A stretch of 64,000 bases of DNA from a bacterium (lineage in GTDB: Bacteria > SM23-31): NCBI GenBank assembly GCA_965249485.1, contig OZ252239.1, positions 1,824,001 to 1,888,000 of the forward strand, in the 5' to 3' direction. The position numbers and the translations under genes were made by a program. The notes below the pieces were generated by a model that saw nothing but the letters and a program-made list of their open reading frames with translations, did not search any database and was not told the origin of the DNA. How positions within the stretch are numbered: the stretch's first letter is position 1; each line of letters begins with the position of its first letter. Positions 20,974 through 32,218 of this stretch are shown here, piece after piece.

Positions 20974-21927
20974 TCATTGCAGTCCGAGAAACCTCGCTGG
21001 ATTGATCTTACACATTTCATCAATTTCCGTCTTCGTAAAGCCCTGCTGACCGAGTTTCATGATAAATGAAATCATACCATCCGTAGGTAAGGGATTCAAA
21101 CTCTGACCAAGATCGCTGGAGATGATCGCATTGGCTGTCCCGACGGCACGGATGAACGAAACCATAGTCTCTATCGGATATCCTCCATCCGGCCTGGCTC
21201 TCCCCACGTCGGCAGGCATTAACGGATTGTAAATGTACTCTAGGTATGCACCTAAACGTGCGGCTTCAACCTGTTGCTCCTTCGTCATTCCCACTTCTGG
21301 TTCCAACGGATGTGTTACGATAATGCGGTCAATACCTATTGACTTTGCCTCACGAATCAGCAGCAGTGATTCTTCAGGACTGGAGTGACCTGTCGCAAGA
21401 GCCAGATTGTCACGTGCGATAATCGCCAACACTTCTTTTACTTCAGGCAAAAGCTCGCAATTGCGGCTGATGGGCACAACATTGGGATTCGGTCTCAGTG
21501 TCCTTGAATAGTGCTCTGAATCCCTTGTCGGCATCCAGACAACGCGGCCAAGACGACCCGTCATACGGGCCATATGCTCCACAGAATTGGGATTGATCCC
21601 GCCGACGGTATTATTCAATACTATACCACCGTAAGCCTCGATACCTGGGATGGCCCGGCTGACAAGATAGGCGAGCGAGGCAGTCTGGGTATAGTGGTTT
21701 TTAAATAGCAACGCACGCATGTCCAACCGCTGTGCAATTCGTGCCAGTTCGAAAGCATCCAACAATCGAGTGCGGCTGTCTGGTAAGGTATGGACATGGA
21801 TATCGATAGCGCCCTTCAGCCTGACACTGGCATCCTCCCAGTAGTTGGTCTGGGCAGACATTGTACCGAAGCTGATCAATATGAGTAATATTAAGTATAG
21901 GAATGCTAACATAAATCGCTTTTTCAT
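20974..21927 (-). CDS. Secreted DUF6282-like metal-dependent hydrolase (amidohydrolase fold)
   Basis: GAIDIHVH, KNHY, LATGH, VTHP, SSDLGQ. Confidence 0.75.
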   Translation of the reverse strand: MKKRFMLAFLYLILLILISFGTMSAQTNYWEDASVRLKGAIDIHVHTLPDSRTRLLDAFELARIAQRLDMRALLFKNHYTQTASLAYLVSRAIPGIEAYGGIVLNNTVGGINPNSVEHMARMTGRLGRVVWMPTRDSEHYSRTLRPNPNVVPISRNCELLPEVKEVLAIIARDNLALATGHSSPEESLLLIREAKSIGIDRIIVTHPLEPEVGMTKEQQVEAARLGAYLEYIYNPLMPADVGRARPDGGYPIETMVSFIRAVGTANAIISSDLGQSLNPLPTDGMISFIMKLGQQGFTKTEIDEMCKINPARFLGLQ

Positions 21928-22118
21928 TATTGTATCCTCTCGATTTAAAATGATATTATCTATATCAATTCTCTAAAAGAAAATAAATTGGGTTTGCGTC
22001 GAAAAATGAGGCTTTTTTGAGATGTAATATACTTATTCAGAGCGTAAAGGTAACCTAGATATATTTAATATAAATGGTAAGATATACATGTGGCTTTTAC
22101 AAGTATTATCTATTCCTA

Positions 22119-22250
22119 GACCTATACGATTACTTAACAAATAATCACCGTCTAATTTTTCCTAAAATTTTTCAGATGTTTTCATGAGGGGTTATACATG
22201 TGATGTGTGGTTTCGGGGATGAAATGGTACAGTGTGAAATCACACCTTGA
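22119..22250 (+). repeat. Left half-site GACCTATACGAT joined to alternative arm
   Basis: Follows a family A leader. Sequence after ACGAT matches 18112-18230. Confidence 0.7.
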
Positions 22251-22308
22251 TCAATCTCTACTCATTAGGATCATATGATTTGATACTCTGCAGGCTGGAC
22301 TTTTTGTG

Positions 22309-22337
22309 GGACCGTGTGTGACGTTTTGCGAACCTTT
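22309..22337 (+). repeat. Right half-site with alternative left arm
   Basis: GGACCGTGTGTG-ACGTT-TTGCGAACCTTT. Confidence 0.75.
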
Positions 22338-22610
22338 AAAGTGGAATTAATATGCAGTATTTGAAGAAAGTAAAAATGAATGAAGCACCTTCCCGAGATT
22401 ATATAATTTGTAAACTGTTTGATTATAACGAGTTTTTTAAAAAATAGTAACTATTTTAACTCATTGAGGATTCGATAGAATGTAAGATATGAAAATTTTA
22501 TTGATATGCAAACCGAGTTCGAAAAAGACAATTATGAAGGAAATTGTGTCCAATATGTTCTGACGACTTACAGTGTAGGGGTTCAGGTCAGGAGAGTGTA
22601 AAAGTTTAAA

Positions 22611-23900
22611 TCAAATACATTCTCTGACAGCCATTGCTACCTGGTTGTGGACTTCAAGAGATAGAGGGTCTGGAACTAACTGGCCACTTGGGGCTTGTTC
22701 GTGTATGGCCTGCGCCGCCGCTATAAGCATTTTGTGTGTAAATCGTTTTGCACCACCATCAAGTGCCCCCTTGAATAATCCTGGAAAACCAAGCACGTTA
22801 TTAACACTCTTGCCATCAGCAGCAAAACTGGCGCCTCGTTCAAGTGCTACTTCGGGTTCGATCTCGGGTTCTGGATTAGTCAATGCCAATATGAGCTGCC
22901 CTTGCTTCACCCACTCAGGTTTAATCAAGCCCTTTACACCTGTTGTTGCAATAACAATATCAGACTTTTCCATAAGGCTTTCCAAGTTTTCGGCCCGGTG
23001 CCCACCATGCAATTCAAATCTTGTTAATGCGTCTTTATTAAGGTCAGCACCAAGTATCTCTTTCACGCCGTATGAAATCAAAAGGCGGGATATACCGATG
23101 CCAGCGGCACCCAAACCGATCTGGCCAACAACAGATTCTTTGAGAGATTTCTCCACGGATTTAGCTGCACTTAAGAGCGCTGCCAAAGCGACAACTGCAG
23201 TTCCATGTTGATCATCGTGTAGAACAGGAATACGGAGTCTCTCGATCAATCTCTCCTCGATCTCAAAACATTCAGGGGCTCCTATGTCCTCTAGCTGAAT
23301 ATCGCCAAAACCTGGTGCGATCGAGACGATAGATTCAATTATCTTTTCAGGTATTTTTTCATTAAGAAGAATTGGAACGCCTGACAGGCCAACCAGGCGA
23401 TTAAAGAGTGCGGCTTTTCCTTCCATGACTGGTATCCCGGCCACCGGCCCGATATCGCCCAGGCCCAAAATGGCTGTCCCATTTGTGACTATTGCTACCG
23501 TTGTGCCGATGCCCGTGTACTTGTCAGCGAGTTCTGGATTTCTTTGTATCGCAAGACAAACTCTTGCCACACCCGGTGTGTAAACATCTCTTAACTCTTC
23601 CTGAGATTCTATCGGAATCCTTGATTTCATTTCAATCTTGCCACCTTTATGGCGGCTGAAGACTCTATCAGATTTGCCAATGATATTGACATAATCGAGA
23701 CTTTCGATATTCGATAGCACGTCATCAATTCTTCTTTCATCGATTTCTACTGTAATCTCCCATAGAGTTTTCTTTTGAAATTTTGATATCGTTTGCATTC
23801 CTGCTATTTCGAGTTCCAGTATGGCAAACTGTTCAAGGAGCTGCGATAGATTCCTGGCTGAATTATCAATTTCTATTCTAAATACTTCAGGGATTTTCAT
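22611..23900 (-). CDS. NAD(P)-dependent malic enzyme with N-terminal ACT-like domain
   Basis: YTPGVA, GLGDIG, MEGKA, LEDI, HDDQHGT, GLGAAG. Confidence 0.9.
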   Translation of the reverse strand: MKIPEVFRIEIDNSARNLSQLLEQFAILELEIAGMQTISKFQKKTLWEITVEIDERRIDDVLSNIESLDYVNIIGKSDRVFSRHKGGKIEMKSRIPIESQEELRDVYTPGVARVCLAIQRNPELADKYTGIGTTVAIVTNGTAILGLGDIGPVAGIPVMEGKAALFNRLVGLSGVPILLNEKIPEKIIESIVSIAPGFGDIQLEDIGAPECFEIEERLIERLRIPVLHDDQHGTAVVALAALLSAAKSVEKSLKESVVGQIGLGAAGIGISRLLISYGVKEILGADLNKDALTRFELHGGHRAENLESLMEKSDIVIATTGVKGLIKPEWVKQGQLILALTNPEPEIEPEVALERGASFAADGKSVNNVLGFPGLFKGALDGGAKRFTHKMLIAAAQAIHEQAPSGQLVPDPLSLEVHNQVAMAVRECI

Positions 23901-24363
23901 GTAGATCTCTCCAATAGGTTAGTGTTTAGAGCATTTAGCCTGCGAAATCAATAACGAGTTCAATCATAATAGATGTACCGGGTAAAATTAGCCAGCTGAT
24001 CCAAAACAGAATTTTTGAAACGAGAGGTCCGTTTGGGTATTTACCAGTCCAAACCATTCACGTCATAGGTCGCCACTGCAAGTACATGAGAACCAATACT
24101 ACCTTTCGGTAAGCAGCACGTATGTGCTCGACCGCAAAAAGACTGAGCAGTAGGGCATTAATTATCAATAATGCGCACAGTTCCCCTTCCATAATCGACC
24201 GGCTTAACTTAAGGCAGGCTATTATTACTATTTGTGATTTTTGCTGGCGCTCAATCTACTTTGTGCAGTGTCAAGGACATGAGTTTAAAAGAAAATATGT
24301 GTTGATTATAGTATTTAATTCTGTATTTTTCAATTGTCTTAAATTGAGGAATGCTTAACTTCT

Positions 24364-25140
24364 TTATTTATGTGCCGCGGCCATTTTCGCTGCATTAAGG
24401 ATTTCACGAGAATAATGTTGTAATATTTTTGTATCATTTAAGGGGGTAATAATATTTGCACCAAATTCTATGAATTTTTCATTCAGCCCTTCTGATTGAG
24501 TGTGGATTCCCACAAGTTTTTTTGATTCATTAGTTTTATTTATAATTTTCTGAACAATACTCTCTAAAATATTATCCCCTTTACCCGTGGGTATTTTCAA
24601 TCCCATACTTATACTCAAGTCAACTGTCCCAATATAAATTCCGTCAAGTCCTTCAACACTGAGAATATCATCGAGATCATCTACAGCCTCTTTTGTTTCT
24701 ATCATAGCAAATGTTAATAATTTATCTTTATAGGTATTCAAAAAATCAGGTTCATTATTTATATTCGCTCTGATTGGACCAAAGCTCCTATATCCATCAG
24801 GAGGATACAGGCAGGCCTGAACAAATTTTTCCGCTTCTTTCCTGTTATTTATCATTGGACAAATTATACCGTTGACTCCTGCATCAAGTGATTTCATAAT
24901 TACATCGGGTTCATTCCACGGAACCCGCACGATGGAAACTGTTTTATGATTCTTAATTGTTTGAAGCATAGTAATGAGCATTGAATAATCAATCAAACCG
25001 TGCTGCATATCAATAGTCACTATGTCATAGCCAAGATTGGCAATGATCTCGGCAGTCCAGGAACTTGGAATTGTCAGCCAGGCATTAATCAAACAATTTT
25101 TATCATTCAGTACTTCGCTGATTATTGGTTTTCTATTCAT
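24364..25140 (-). CDS. HpcH/HpaI aldolase family protein
   Basis: IDMQHG, RVPWN, LDAG, MIET. Confidence 0.9.
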   Translation of the reverse strand: MNRKPIISEVLNDKNCLINAWLTIPSSWTAEIIANLGYDIVTIDMQHGLIDYSMLITMLQTIKNHKTVSIVRVPWNEPDVIMKSLDAGVNGIICPMINNRKEAEKFVQACLYPPDGYRSFGPIRANINNEPDFLNTYKDKLLTFAMIETKEAVDDLDDILSVEGLDGIYIGTVDLSISMGLKIPTGKGDNILESIVQKIINKTNESKKLVGIHTQSEGLNEKFIEFGANIITPLNDTKILQHYSREILNAAKMAAAHK

Positions 25141-25341
25141 TGTAATTATAATTCTATATTTCGATTAAATGATTTCCACAACCGCGCCCTTTAATGTATT
25201 TGCTTCGCTCGTTAGTGTAAAAATATCTACTCCTATTATTCCCCATATCAGATCTTTGAAAGAGTTTGATATCGAATTCGTTGAAATATATTTGAAATTT
25301 AATAAAATATCCTTCATATTACAAACATAAAAGTTTTGGGC

Positions 25342-25370
25342 GGACCGTACGTGACGTTTTGCGAACCTTT
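25342..25370 (+). repeat. Right half-site with alternative left arm
   Basis: GGACCGTACGTG-ACGTT-TTGCGAACCTTT. Confidence 0.75.
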
Positions 25371-25460
25371 AAGAGAAAACCTAAATCTGTCCAAATGTTT
25401 CTGAATCAACACCTTAATGACTAACGTAAAATATAGTCCAAATATTAGGATCGGGTCAAC

Positions 25461-26291
25461 TTAATAAAGAGAATCAAGTTCATGCATTATTTTATCAGAT
25501 AATTCTATGTTAGCCGATTTCATATTTTCTTCAAGATGGTTTTTGTTCCTGGTTCCCGGTATTGGTATTGCAGTTGGCCACTTTGTTATTATCCATGTTA
25601 AAGCAGCTTGACTTGGTGTTATCCCAATTTTCTCAGAGATCGCTATAAGTTTAGGATTTCTTATTAGTTTTCCAGTTCCTAATGGAAAGTAGGGAAGGTA
25701 TGCAATATGGTTGTCAGTGAGATAGGGTAGAAGGTATTGTTCATCTTCCTTATGAGACAAATTATAATGATTCTGTACACTCACAATCGCAACTATTTTT
25801 TGTGCTTCCTGTAGTTGTTGTACATTGACATTGCTTAAACCAATGTGCTGCACTAATCCACTATCTTTTAATTCTTTTAATGCTTGAATACTATCTTGAA
25901 AACGGACTCTATGATCAGGATGGTGAAGTTGATAGAGCTCAATACTATTAACACCTAATCTTTTAAGGCTCTCCTTTATTCCTTCTTTGATATGAATTGG
26001 TCTTCCGTCATTACCCCACCCTCCGCCAGGACGGGTACGTCCAACTTTTGTAGCGATAAGAATTTCTTTTTTCTCGTGAGCTGTTAGTGCTCCTATCTGC
26101 TTTTCATTTCTTCCATACCCATAAACATCTGCAGTGTCTACAAGCTTTACGCCTATTCTAATAGCAAATTTAAGTAAATCAATTGAATCTTTGTCACTCG
26201 GCTTAGGATCATACTCAACAAGAGCCATTGTACCGAGACCAATAACTCCTACATTCCTGCCTGCAATAGTACGATTTTTCATTGTATCCAA
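25461..26291 (-). CDS. Aldo/keto reductase
   Basis: GLGTM, DTADVYG, IATK, LYQLH, IGLSN, IPG. Confidence 0.9.
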   Translation of the reverse strand: MDTMKNRTIAGRNVGVIGLGTMALVEYDPKPSDKDSIDLLKFAIRIGVKLVDTADVYGYGRNEKQIGALTAHEKKEILIATKVGRTRPGGGWGNDGRPIHIKEGIKESLKRLGVNSIELYQLHHPDHRVRFQDSIQALKELKDSGLVQHIGLSNVNVQQLQEAQKIVAIVSVQNHYNLSHKEDEQYLLPYLTDNHIAYLPYFPLGTGKLIRNPKLIAISEKIGITPSQAALTWIITKWPTAIPIPGTRNKNHLEENMKSANIELSDKIMHELDSLY

Positions 26292-26470
26292 TTTTTACAT
26301 GATACTTCAATAGTAATATCTTGTTTTGGAGTTATTTTAACCGATTTGTATGAAGTTCCTTTTATCTCATTTACAGAACGATGAGCATTATCACAATATG
26401 GAAGAGTATTACTTTCACCACAAGAACAAAACTTATATTTTTTGTTTGCTTTTAATGTAATTTCAGTCAT
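26279..26470 (-). CDS. CDGSH iron-sulfur domain protein
   Basis: CSCGESNTLPYCDNAH. Confidence 0.8.
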   Translation of the reverse strand: MTEITLKANKKYKFCSCGESNTLPYCDNAHRSVNEIKGTSYKSVKITPKQDITIEVSCKNWIQ

Positions 26471-26549
26471 TACTATATTTTCCGAATTAATAGATATAAT
26501 AATTAAAAGAGGGTGTTTCCTACACACCGGCCTTTTTAATAGACAGAAA

Positions 26550-28361
26550 CTATTTGAAAGGTTTCTCCTTGATTCCAAGATAATGCGCAGTGTTGGCATC
26601 AGGGTCGATTCTTGTTTTTATTCTTCCCGGTAATGCACTTAGAATTGGATTTACGCCAGGACCGTGTCCTGAAACGTTACTCCACCCGTGGATGACAACT
26701 CCGACGGTTACAGCTCCTTCGTATCGACCGCGTCCGTAGTAGTCGTAATGGTCCGTAATTGCCACGAGGTCTCCGAACCTGAGTGTTTTCAAATTGTATT
26801 CCTCAACAATTTCAGGAGAGGTTGTCTGAATATCGTAATCACCGTTTTCTACGATGAATTGATTCATTCCCAATCCTGAGCCCATTATATACCCGGGAAT
26901 CTTCATTACAACCGGAACTACAAGCTGATCATCTTCTATTATTATGTCCAGGTTCTCCAGCAATTCAGGAGAAATCTTGTTTACTTTCACATCTTCGAAA
27001 TTATCAATCTTTAGACCAACACCCCGGGCTTTAACCTGAATTTTATCATCCAAAGCAAGTTTATCAAGGACATCCTTCGGGAACCAGAGAATACTGCTCC
27101 CATGCTTGCCGATGAAGATTCCTTTCGCTCCTTTAGCTTCGCCGGAGATGACGTTCGCTTCGTTACCAATACACCCGAGAATACCAAATGCTGATCCATC
27201 AGGATTCCTGGTGGAAACATCAGGCTCAACATGGTCTGTGTTCGCCCAACCGTACGCTAAATCTCCGACCGAAACAGTATAGTTGATCGAGCCCATGCCT
27301 ATGTTAGGCCATGGTTTACCGTCGTATGTTGTCGAATACCCTATGCTTTCCATGCTTTTTGCAGAGTTCACGGCATCTTGAACAGCAATCGTGAGGAGCT
27401 TGTCTTTATTCGTCTTGAGTACTGATGCTTCTTCAGGGTAATTAGATGTTTCCTTCCTTATACCGAGATACTTACCGATATTTGCTGTTGGATCAATACG
27501 TGAGGTTAACACGCCAAACCTTGTGGATAGAATTGGTGTTACGCCAAAACCCATACCTGAAAGGTCGCTGGGTCCGCTGCTGACAACCCCTATTGTGGCT
27601 CCTCCTTTATAGTATCCCTTGCCGTAATCAGTCTGGATATCGTTCATAATAACAATATCCCCGAAACGCAGCTCATCCAAACCATATTTTTTAATATCCG
27701 GCGGAAAACAGGTCTGGATATACCAGTGACCGGAACGGCTTTTACGACCTGCGCCCTGACCAACAATCTCAGCCGGTATCTCTTTAACTACCGATACTTC
27801 AAGCTTGCCGTCCGTATTTCTAATTTCAAGCTTTTCTAATAACTCCGGAGAGATATTGTGAGCAAATACATCGTTAAATCCTTCTAATGCAAGACCGATT
27901 CCACGTGCCTTCGCCTGAAGAGTAGTGCCGATGGTAAGCTTCTCAACTACATCGTCTTCGAAATGAACAAGCACATAATTTTCAAACTTTCCTATAATAA
28001 CGCCTTTCTCTCCCTTGGCATCGCCTCCCAAGACTCTCACTTCGTTACCTATTGAAGTATAATTGGTCCAGGAATCTTCGGTCCCTACTGTTGCAACACC
28101 CACAGTTGCCCTGTCACTGCTTGCCCATCCGAAGATTTTTTCACCAATTTTTAAATTGTAGTTGATACCGCCAATTCCGATGGCCAATTTGGATTTTCCA
28201 TCCCACGTTGTGATATATGACCACGGAACCTGAGCCGGCGCAATCTGACCTTGAACTGCAATCGTAAGAAGCTTGTCTTTATTCGTCTTTACCTGTCCCG
28301 CAGCATTTACAGTAAAAATTGAAAATAGAAACAAAGTAAGAAATGAAATAATCCTTTTCAT
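26550..28361 (-). CDS. Secreted DUF4438-like protein with two tandem domains
   Basis: KTNKDKLLTIAVQ occurs twice. DHVEP, DYDI, GHGPGV. Confidence 0.75.
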   Translation of the reverse strand: MKRIISFLTLFLFSIFTVNAAGQVKTNKDKLLTIAVQGQIAPAQVPWSYITTWDGKSKLAIGIGGINYNLKIGEKIFGWASSDRATVGVATVGTEDSWTNYTSIGNEVRVLGGDAKGEKGVIIGKFENYVLVHFEDDVVEKLTIGTTLQAKARGIGLALEGFNDVFAHNISPELLEKLEIRNTDGKLEVSVVKEIPAEIVGQGAGRKSRSGHWYIQTCFPPDIKKYGLDELRFGDIVIMNDIQTDYGKGYYKGGATIGVVSSGPSDLSGMGFGVTPILSTRFGVLTSRIDPTANIGKYLGIRKETSNYPEEASVLKTNKDKLLTIAVQDAVNSAKSMESIGYSTTYDGKPWPNIGMGSINYTVSVGDLAYGWANTDHVEPDVSTRNPDGSAFGILGCIGNEANVISGEAKGAKGIFIGKHGSSILWFPKDVLDKLALDDKIQVKARGVGLKIDNFEDVKVNKISPELLENLDIIIEDDQLVVPVVMKIPGYIMGSGLGMNQFIVENGDYDIQTTSPEIVEEYNLKTLRFGDLVAITDHYDYYGRGRYEGAVTVGVVIHGWSNVSGHGPGVNPILSALPGRIKTRIDPDANTAHYLGIKEKPFK

Positions 28362-28607
28362 AAAGAAATCCTCCCCGTTTACATTTTAGTTAGCTCTTCT
28401 GAATGGTTGAATCATTGAGAGTATAATGATAACGATTTAACCGATCTTCCACATATCAATACTCAACAAGAGATTAATTGGGATTGTGCTGATATGTGAT
28501 TCTTATTTAGATGTGGTGTACCTGGTCAGGGCGTATTGGATACTTTGATATGTTTGATATAAATGGTAAGATATACATGTGGCTTTTACAAGTATTTTCT
28601 GCTCCTC

Positions 28608-28631
28608 GGGCTATACGATGTGCGAACCCTT
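28608..28631 (+). repeat. Conserved inter-cassette site, copy 9
   Basis: GGGCTATACGATGTGCGAACCCTT. Family A leader at 28452-28607. Confidence 0.9.
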
Positions 28632-29015
28632 AATGTATGCTTTATAATGTACCTATCCGGGTACTGAACCGCAGGAATTTTCCGCCGGAGAGCTACCCAG
28701 AGCTTTACCGTTTCATCCCCACTTCTTTACCATGATTTCAGCCTGCTCTTTTTCGGTGTCCAATAACCGGTACAAAGCGCATCCCCTTTCATGCTTACAT
28801 GACCGGTTATATAATGAAACGTATTACATCCAATCACTCCAACTTGTTCCGAACCTCTGCAGAGTGTTTAAATTTCATAACGATACATGAATTGAACAGT
28901 TTCAAAATTATGAGTAACAATAGTTCTAATTATACGTGAAGAGGCTTCATAATGTGAGTAAAGATTCCTCAAATCGTGTCGATACCTATAGGTATTTATA
29001 AATGTAAGGATACCT

Positions 29016-31685
29016 ATGCACATAATGCGACAGCTTAATACTAGTCATATATCTGCTTTATTAAAATTTTTATATATTCCATCACTGATCATAGCGTTTG
29101 CACTGGTAAACCCGTACCAGGCTGGTGCCCAGGTTCTTACCTTTGTCGATACAGTATTTGACAACGCGAATGGTGTGGACGGACTGAATCAAGCCCGGGG
29201 TGTTTTTGTCAGCCCTGATGGTGCACATGTCTACGTGGCAGGTAATGCTGATGATGCTCTTGCGGTTTTCAGCCGTAACAGCAGTACCGGTGGTCTCACG
29301 TTTGTTGAGTTTCAACAAGACGGCATGAATGGTGTGGATGGCCTTAAAGGGGCACATCAACCAACGGTAAGTCCGGGTGGGAATTATGTTTTCGTTGCAG
29401 CTTTTGACGGGGACGCTTTTGCCGTTTTCAGCCGTAACAAAAGTACCGGCGCTCTCACGTTTACCGAAGTGTTTAAAGATGGCGTCAACGGCGTAGATGG
29501 TCTGAATGGAGCTGCTCGTATCGCTATAAGTCCGAATGGGGCTCACGTGTACGTTACAGGTATACATGATGATGCCGTGGCAGTGTTTAGTTCATCGGAA
29601 ATTGTCGTGAACCTCAGCCGAATTGAAACACAGAGTATCATTCCCGGAAAAACATTATCATTTCAATTAAATGCAACCTTGACAAACTAATGAAAGTACG
29701 ATCATTTATTCCGGCTCCGACTTACCTGAAGGGGCTGAAGTAGAAGCACTATCCGGTGAGTTTACCTGGGAACCGACACCATCAGACGTAGGAACACACA
29801 CCGTAACCTTGACTGCAAAGGCTGCCGGACTTACCGATTCTGAAACAATTGCAATTACCGTCGATCTTTATGACGTTTTCATAGATCTTGTGAAGCCCGA
29901 CACCGTAGTCGTAATTGCTGCTGACGGAGCAATAGTTACCGTCGATACGGGGGAGTCTATACAAAAACTAATGCTGTTATATTCCCCGGTTCATTGCCTG
30001 GTGATCAAACTGTAATCATTAAATCTCCTGACGCAGCAGATATATCCGCGGACGAGATTAACAAGGTTCCATCCGCTACAGATTTTGTCGTCGTAGGCTC
30101 GGAATCCGGATTCACCTTCGATGATGATATTAATGTAATCATTGAATACAAAGACTATGAAATAGAAAATGAAGAAACAAATATGCGGGTACATGTCTGG
30201 GATACACTATTGGAGATCTGGAAACGTGTCAGAGGAATTCAAATAGTCAATATCGTGGACAATACGGTAACCGTCGTTACCGACCATTTTTCAATATTCG
30301 GCGCATTGGAGATCAATGAATCGGCAGATGAAACAGAGATATCGATCGGCTGGAATATGGTCAGTATACCTCTTGACCCGGACGACATCGATGATCCGCG
30401 CGATATTTTTGCAGACGACATTAAGTCGTTCAAGTTTGAAGAGAAGAATTCAAGCATTTATGAATACACTGAATCGACAGACTCATGGACGGTACCATCT
30501 GCTATCGAGAACGGTACCGGCTATATTCTTTATGGATTCAAAAGCGGTGATGTTGGGGTTGACGGTTTTAAAGAGACGGGAGATATATCACATTCTCTGA
30601 GTTTGACAAACAGCAACGGTTGGCATCTGCTCGGTAATCCGTATAGCGTTGCTATCGATTGGGACAGTGACATGACACTCGGTGGTGGCATCAGCACTAC
30701 CTACTACCGGTGGACCGGTACGGAATACAAATTTTATCCCGGGGGCGGCCTTACCGCTGCCATAGCACCATGGGAAGGGTTCTTTGTCAATACGTCAGTG
30801 GACGCGGAATCGTTTGACATTACCTATCCCGGCGTAAGTAAACGGTCGAACGATGACGAAACTATCCTGGACTGGCGAATCAGGTTCATTGCCAAGAGTG
30901 GTGACGTAGAAGACAGCCAGACCTATATCGGTATTTCCGATTTAGCCAATGCTGAGTACGATGAATTCGATAACTATGAGCTTGCATCTTTAAACGATGA
31001 ATTCGTATCGGTCTATTTTCCCCATACAGCATGGAGTCTCCGTCCGGGTAATTACACACAGGACATTCGTGTCATGCAGGGTAGTTCTCTAGAATGGACA
31101 ATGGCTGTTGCCGCACGGTCAACCACCGGAGCTGTTACACTGAACTGGACTCTGCCCGATGCAATAGATTCAGACTTCGATATAGTCTTAAATAACAACC
31201 GGACACAGGAAGCCATCGATATGCGTGAGCGGATCTCGTATACCTTCACGATACCCGTTGTGTCACAAAAGAGTTCGTCTGAGAAGCGTGCTCTCAGCCC
31301 TGACCCGATAGATATGACTCCGAAACTGAGTCAGGACGGCACGCATATTGAGTACTTTACAATAACACTCAGTACAGCAACAGACCAGGAATCAGCACTC
31401 ATTCCAACAACATACTATCTCAACCAGAACTATCCGAATCCGTTTAACCCTTCGACTACAATTGAATACGGACTTCCCGAATCGGGCCAGGTGGAACTGA
31501 CGATATTCAACGCACTCGGCCAAAAGGTAATGACGTTGGTCAACAAGGACCAGCAGGCGGGGATTCACCGTGTCGTATGGAATGGAACGAATGACCGGGG
31601 TATTCGTGTAGCGTCCGGGATGTATTTATACCGGATCAAGGCGAATGGAACGACGAATATAAAGCGTTTACTCCTTATAAAATAG
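29016..31685 (+). CDS. Secreted protein: lactonase-like beta-propeller repeats, Ig-like domain, FlgD-like C-terminus; two frameshifts
   Basis: Three overlapping frames join at homopolymers near 29685 (AAA) and 29949-29953 (GGGGG). SPDG..VYV repeats, GEFTW.P, QNYPNPFNP. Confidence 0.7.
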
Positions 31686-31697
31686 GAACGATCAATA

Positions 31698-31892
31698 ATG
31701 AAGAACTCTCTATACATAGTACTCACTATGACACTTCTGGGAGCACTCGCTCTCATTACAGGTTCAATAGATTCAGTGTTCGCCCAGCCCCCCGCTCCAC
31801 CGGCTGCTCCTTCGGCACCGATCCCCTGGGGTGATCCGTTCATCTATACCGCTATAATCTTTGGGTACGGCTTATACAAATTAAGAAAATAA
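31698..31892 (+). CDS. Small Pro-rich protein with C-terminal sorting-like tail
   Basis: Signal peptide, PPAPPAAPSAPIP, hydrophobic stretch, then GYGLYKLRK. Confidence 0.65.
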   Translation: MKNSLYIVLTMTLLGALALITGSIDSVFAQPPAPPAAPSAPIPWGDPFIYTAIIFGYGLYKLRK

Positions 31893-31950
31893 CACACGTA
31901 AACCCTTCTCTTCATGTACTACCACATTTCTCAATGAACAATTGCTGATC

Positions 31951-31974
31951 GGGCTGTACGAAGTGCGAACTTTT
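31951..31974 (+). repeat. Conserved inter-cassette site, copy 10
   Basis: GGGCTGTACGAAGTGCGAACTTTT. Confidence 0.85.
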
Positions 31975-32218
31975 TCTGTAGCATTGAGCAGAAAGAGGTA
32001 CCTTTAGGAAAAATCCTCACTTATTCAACGGACTCTATTTCGGGGAGAAGGTCAGACGCGACCCCATTATCTTTCGGGAGGCGGAGTGTTTATCCCAGTT
32101 TTGTTTTCCGGTTTATCTCATGAACAGAGAGGGTGTAGGGGTATGCGTTCCATGTTGAAGGCTCCCTGGGCCGCATGGGTATCGCGGTAATTATAGTTAT
32201 CCTCTCTCCTTATCCACA

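Noticed and set aside
25342..25356. Minus-strand TCACGTACGGTCC resembling the group II intron domain V 3' strand
   Set aside because: No matching 5' strand with the AGC/CGC triad, so a DV hairpin cannot form.
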